This document shows positions 60,067-64,000 of a stretch of DNA of 64,000 nt, in pieces. Every line of letters begins with the position of its first letter. The first letter of the stretch is position 1. The translations under genes and the position numbers were made by a program. Under the pieces are notes generated by a model, which was given only the letters and a program-made list of their open reading frames with translations, was not told where the DNA came from and searched no databases. The DNA comes from an uncultured Chloroflexia bacterium (GTDB taxonomy: Bacteria > Chloroflexota > Limnocylindria > Limnocylindrales > CSP1-4), in NCBI GenBank assembly GCA_963813335.1, contig CAWEYL010000001.1:672001-736000 (forward strand). The letters run 5' to 3'.

Positions 60067-61424
60067 TCACGACCGATGAGGCCCGGGCCGCCTTCCCGGG
60101 TGGCTGGATCCTGCCCGGCGACGCCGACTACGACGAGGCGCGCTCCACCTTCAACGGCACGATCGACCGGCGCCCGGCGGTCGTGATCCGCCCGACCACC
60201 ACCGAGGAGGTGTCCGCGGCGGTCCGCTGGGCCCGGAGCGAGGAGCTTGCCATCGCGATACGCGGCGGCGGCCACAACGTCGCGGGTCACGCCACCGCGG
60301 ACGACGCGGCCGTGATCGACCTGCGCCACATGCGGGAGGTCGTCGTGGACCCGGAGCGCCGTCGCGCGCGGGTGGGCGGGGGCGCGATCTGGAACGACGT
60401 GGACGCGGCCACGGTGCCCCACGGGCTCGCGATGACCGGCGGCACCTTCGGCGACACCGGTGTCGGAGGGCTGGCCCTTAACGGCGGCCTGGGGTTCCTG
60501 ATGGGCACGAACGGGTTCACCTGCGACCACCTGATGCGCGCCGAGGTGGTGACGGCCGATGGATCGATCGTCATCGCCGGCGAGGGTGGCGATCCGGACC
60601 TGCTCTGGGCGCTCCGTGGCGGTGGCGGCAACTTCGGGATCGTGACGACGTTCGAGTTCGCCCTGCATCCCGTCGGCCTGCTCCACTCCGGGTACCTGAC
60701 CTATCCGATCGAGGCGGCACGCGACGTCCTGGAAGGCGTGGCCGCGCTGGCCGCGGTGATGCCGCGCGAGATGGTCCTGTTCGTGACGGGCCCGCACCTG
60801 CCGGACGACGACCCCACGCCCGGCGGTCCGCTGACCATGAGCGTCACGGTCGTCTTCCAGGGATCGGCGGAGGACGGCGACGCGCTGTGCGCGCCGTTGC
60901 GCGCCATCGGACCCGTCGAGGACGACATCGGCCCGAAGAGCTATCTCGACGTCCAGGCCGCCAGCGGCCAGCTGCCGTTCGGCCTGCGGCACTACTGGAA
61001 GGGCCACTTCGTCCGCGGGCTGGACGCCGAGGTGATCGATGCGACGCTCGACGCGATGGCGTCGCGGCCGGGCGTGGTCTCCTTCGTGCTCATCGAGGCC
61101 ATCAGCGGCCGGGCACACGACGAGCCGCCAGGTGGCGCGGCGTTCGGCCAGCGCGCGGCGGGCTGGAACATCAGCGGGATCGCGATCTGGGAGGACCCGG
61201 CCGAGGACGCCGAGCAGATCGCCTGGACGCGGCGCTACGCGGACGCCCTGCTGCCGGCGTCGTTCAGCGGGGCGGGCTACGCGAACTACGCCCCCGTGGA
61301 CGAGACACCCGACCGGGTGCGCGCGGCCTTCGGTGACGAGCGCTACCGCCGGCTCGAGGCGATCAAGCGCCGCTACGACCCGGACAACGTCTTCCGCTAC
61401 AACCTGAACATCAAGCCGGGCTAG
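60063..61424 (+). CDS. FAD-linked oxidoreductase (BBE/6-HDNO-like)
   Basis: IRGGGHN, GGGLG, DLLWALRGGGGNFGIVT, YANY, KRRYDPDNVF. Confidence 0.92.
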   Translation: MITTDEARAAFPGGWILPGDADYDEARSTFNGTIDRRPAVVIRPTTTEEVSAAVRWARSEELAIAIRGGGHNVAGHATADDAAVIDLRHMREVVVDPERRRARVGGGAIWNDVDAATVPHGLAMTGGTFGDTGVGGLALNGGLGFLMGTNGFTCDHLMRAEVVTADGSIVIAGEGGDPDLLWALRGGGGNFGIVTTFEFALHPVGLLHSGYLTYPIEAARDVLEGVAALAAVMPREMVLFVTGPHLPDDDPTPGGPLTMSVTVVFQGSAEDGDALCAPLRAIGPVEDDIGPKSYLDVQAASGQLPFGLRHYWKGHFVRGLDAEVIDATLDAMASRPGVVSFVLIEAISGRAHDEPPGGAAFGQRAAGWNISGIAIWEDPAEDAEQIAWTRRYADALLPASFSGAGYANYAPVDETPDRVRAAFGDERYRRLEAIKRRYDPDNVFRYNLNIKPG

Positions 61425-61852
61425 CCGGCGTCCGGGGTCCTCGTCTCCGGCTTCCTCGCGTCGGTCCCCGGGATGCCGCGCTCGGTCAGGGCCGCGCCGA
61501 GGCCCTCGAGGTCGTCGACGGTGACGTACAGCGCCGGGATCCGGAAGGGTCCGAAATGGACCTGCTCCCGGAAGTCCAGTCGCACGCCGCCATGCGGCGA
61601 TCCGCCGAAGGTCACGTCGCCGTGGCGGATGCTGCGGCGCACGCCGATGGCCGTGACCCACCGCCACGGACCCTCGATCCGCCACGAGGAGATGTTGGTG
61701 ATCGAGGTCCGGATGGACGAGGCGCCGAACCGCGCGTCCAGCACGCCGCCGTCGATGTCGACATAGGCCGTCTCCGGGCCGGTGACCCCGAACAGCCGCA
61801 GGAGCGGCTTCGAGCGGGCGCCGAGCCGGATCGGGAACGTCTGAGGGGTCAC
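61421..61852 (-). CDS. Hypothetical protein
   Basis: Clean ORF filling the gap; TAGGCT 6 nt before the GTG. Confidence 0.7.
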   Translation of the reverse strand: MTPQTFPIRLGARSKPLLRLFGVTGPETAYVDIDGGVLDARFGASSIRTSITNISSWRIEGPWRWVTAIGVRRSIRHGDVTFGGSPHGGVRLDFREQVHFGPFRIPALYVTVDDLEGLGAALTERGIPGTDARKPETRTPDAG

Positions 61853-61910
61853 CCGCGGAGCCTAGCGCGGCCGGCTTGGCGGCGTCGGGGAGGTACGATG
61901 GCCCGACCCC

Positions 61911-62300
61911 ATGTTCGAGCAGCTGGACTACGTGTACATGCCGAGCCGCGACGTCGCTGCCGACGTCGCCTGGTTCACCGAGGTCCTGGGCGGGCGGCTG
62001 GTCTTCGCGATCGACGGGATGGGGACCCGGGTCGCGATGCTCGAGCTCAGCGATGGCCCGCCGCAGCTCTTGCTGGCCGGCCATCTCGAGGGCGACGTGC
62101 CGGTCCTCGTCTATCGCGTGGGCGACCTCGATGCCGCCGCCCGCGACCTCGCCTCGCGCGGCTGGGCAGAGGATCACGCCCTCGAGATCCCGCAGGGACC
62201 CGTGCGCGCGTTCGTCGGGCCCGGCGGCCATCGCCTCGCGATCTACCAGCTCACCCGGCCGGGCGTCGTCGAGACGTTCGCCGGGCGCCGCGACTTCTGA
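61911..62300 (+). CDS. VOC/glyoxalase family protein
   Basis: DV....WF.EVLG, YRV.DLDAA...L, EIPQG...F.GPGG. Confidence 0.8.
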   Translation: MFEQLDYVYMPSRDVAADVAWFTEVLGGRLVFAIDGMGTRVAMLELSDGPPQLLLAGHLEGDVPVLVYRVGDLDAAARDLASRGWAEDHALEIPQGPVRAFVGPGGHRLAIYQLTRPGVVETFAGRRDF

Positions 62301-62314
62301 GCACGGACCGCCCT

Positions 62315-63607
62315 ATGAGCGCGGCGCACGGCGGCGGCACGGCCACCGGCCTGACCAACTGGGCGGGCAACCACGCCTACGTCGCGCGGGCGCTCCACGA
62401 GCCGGGCTCGGTGGACGAGCTCCGCGAGATCGTGCGCCGCGGACGCTCGCTTCGGGTGCTGGGCTCGCGACATTCGTTCAACGACATCGCCGACACGACG
62501 GGCGAGCTGATCTCGCTCGCCCATCTCCCGCGGGTGTTCGAGCTCGACCGGGCGGCGAGCACGGTCACGGTCGATGGCGGCGTGCGCTACGGCGAGCTGT
62601 GCGGACCGCTGCACGCCGCCGGCTTCGCGCTCCACAACCTCGCCTCGCTCCCGCACATCTCGGTCGCCGGCGCCTGTGCGACGGCGACCCACGGATCGGG
62701 CGACCGGAACGGCAATCTCGCCACCGCGGTCACGGCCCTCGAGCTCGTGACCGCCGACGGGGGACTGGTGGCCGTGTCGCGGGCCGGCGACCCGGACACG
62801 TTCGCGGGGACCGTCGTGGGGCTGGGGTCCCTCGGGGCCGTGACGCGAGTGACCCTCCGGCTCCAGCCGACGTTCCAGGTCCGCCAGGACCTGTATGAGG
62901 ACCTGCCGCTGAGCGCGGTCGCCGACCACTTCGACGAGATCACCGCGCTGGCCGACAGCGTCAGCCTGTTCACCGAGTGGAAAGGCCCGGTCTTCGAGGA
63001 GGTCTGGCTCAAGCGCCGCGTCGAGCCGGGCGACGCCGTCGAGACGCCGCCGACGCGGTACGGGGCGAGGCGCGCGACCGTCCCGATCCACCCCATCCGG
63101 CGCATGGCGGCGGACGCCTGCACGGAGCAGCTCGGCGTCCCCGGGCCGTGGCACGAGCGCCTCCCGCACTTCCGGATGGACCACACGCCGAGCGCCGGCG
63201 CGGAGCTCCAGACCGAGTACCTCATGCCCAGGGGCTCCGCCGTCGACGCGCTGATCGCCGTCGACGGCCTGCGCGACCGGATCGCCCCGCTCCTGCAGGT
63301 CTCCGAGGTCCGCACCGTCGCCGCCGACGACCTGTGGATGAGCACGGCGGTCGGGCGCGAGTCGGTCGCCCTGCACTTCACCTGGCAGCCGGACTGGGCG
63401 GGCGTGCGCGAGCTCCTGCCGGCGCTCGAGGCCGCCCTCGCGCCGTTCGAGCCACGGCCGCACTGGGGCAAGCTCTTCACGATGGCCCCGGACGCGGTCC
63501 GGGCCACGTACTCGAGACTGCCGACCTTCGTCGCGCTGGTCGACCAGTTCGATCCCGGGGGCACGTTCCAGAACGACTATCTGCGCCGGGTGGTGCTCGG
63601 GCGATGA
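62315..63607 (+). CDS. Alditol/xylitol oxidase-like FAD oxidase (ALO family)
   Basis: TNWAGN, LGSRHSFN, NLASLPHISVAGA..T.THGSG, RPHWGK. Confidence 0.9.
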   Translation: MSAAHGGGTATGLTNWAGNHAYVARALHEPGSVDELREIVRRGRSLRVLGSRHSFNDIADTTGELISLAHLPRVFELDRAASTVTVDGGVRYGELCGPLHAAGFALHNLASLPHISVAGACATATHGSGDRNGNLATAVTALELVTADGGLVAVSRAGDPDTFAGTVVGLGSLGAVTRVTLRLQPTFQVRQDLYEDLPLSAVADHFDEITALADSVSLFTEWKGPVFEEVWLKRRVEPGDAVETPPTRYGARRATVPIHPIRRMAADACTEQLGVPGPWHERLPHFRMDHTPSAGAELQTEYLMPRGSAVDALIAVDGLRDRIAPLLQVSEVRTVAADDLWMSTAVGRESVALHFTWQPDWAGVRELLPALEAALAPFEPRPHWGKLFTMAPDAVRATYSRLPTFVALVDQFDPGGTFQNDYLRRVVLGR

Positions 63608-64000
63608 GCGCGCCGGCGGACCTCCGCATCCGACGGCTGTCGACCGCGGACGTCGGCCGCGCGGACCTGCTCGCCGCCCGCAACCTCCTCGTCTCGGCGT
63701 TCGGGCCGGGTCTGGAGGAGCGCTTCACGACAACGGATTGGGACCACTCGCTCGGCGGGATGCACTTCCTGGCCGACATGGGCGGGTCGATCGTGGCGCA
63801 CGCCTCGGTCGTCGAACGCTCGATCGAGATCGGCGAGCTGCCGCTCCGCACCGGCTATGTCGAGGCGGTCGCGGTCGCGCCCGATCGCCAGGGCCAGGGG
63901 ATCGGGTCCAGGCTGATGGAGGAGGTCGGCGCGTTCATCGACGAGCGGTTCGAGTTCGGTGTCCTGGGGACCGGCCGGCACGCGTTCTACGAGCGACTCG
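63604..64000 (+). CDS. AAC(2')-I-like GNAT acetyltransferase (3' truncated by window edge)
   Basis: My translation: FTTTDWDHSLGGMHF...AHASVVER...LRTGYVEAVAV..DRQGQGIG; absent from the ORF track because it has no stop in the window. Confidence 0.8.
   Translation, partial: MSAPADLRIRRLSTADVGRADLLAARNLLVSAFGPGLEERFTTTDWDHSLGGMHFLADMGGSIVAHASVVERSIEIGELPLRTGYVEAVAVAPDRQGQGIGSRLMEEVGAFIDERFEFGVLGTGRHAFYERL

Overview
A very GC-rich bacterial chromosomal window made up mostly of core housekeeping operons on the + strand. In order: smc-ftsY-(MFS)-ffh-(DUF3352-like)-rpsP-khpA-rimM-trmD-rplS-rnhB-yraN; rpsB-tsf-pyrH-frr-uppS-cdsA-dxr-rseP-ispG; nusA-ylxR-infB-rbfA-nrnA-truB-ribF; rpsO-pnp; asd-udg-rnj-ftsK-rodZ-cinA-murC-like; then a mixed metabolic tail. 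Gene content (short EF-Ts, RNase J, KhpA, no rimP before nusA, many apparently leaderless genes) suggests a high-GC Chloroflexota such as Limnocylindria; this is inference only. I saw no rRNA, tRNA, CRISPR array or transposase. The standout observation is a PNPase carrying a complete DnaQ-like DEDDh 3'-5' exonuclease domain inserted in frame between its two RNase PH domains, with both catalytic motif sets intact. That locus is flanked on both sides by large AAA-ATPase/LuxR regulators, and a palindrome sits at -42.5 of the leaderless gene downstream of one of them. Other oddities: FtsY with TKLN instead of TKLD, RibF with a degenerate kinase domain, RNase HII lacking the GRG motif, two structured palindromic inserts, and four single-base frameshifts (infB, udg, rnj, a ThDP enzyme) that are most likely assembly indels.
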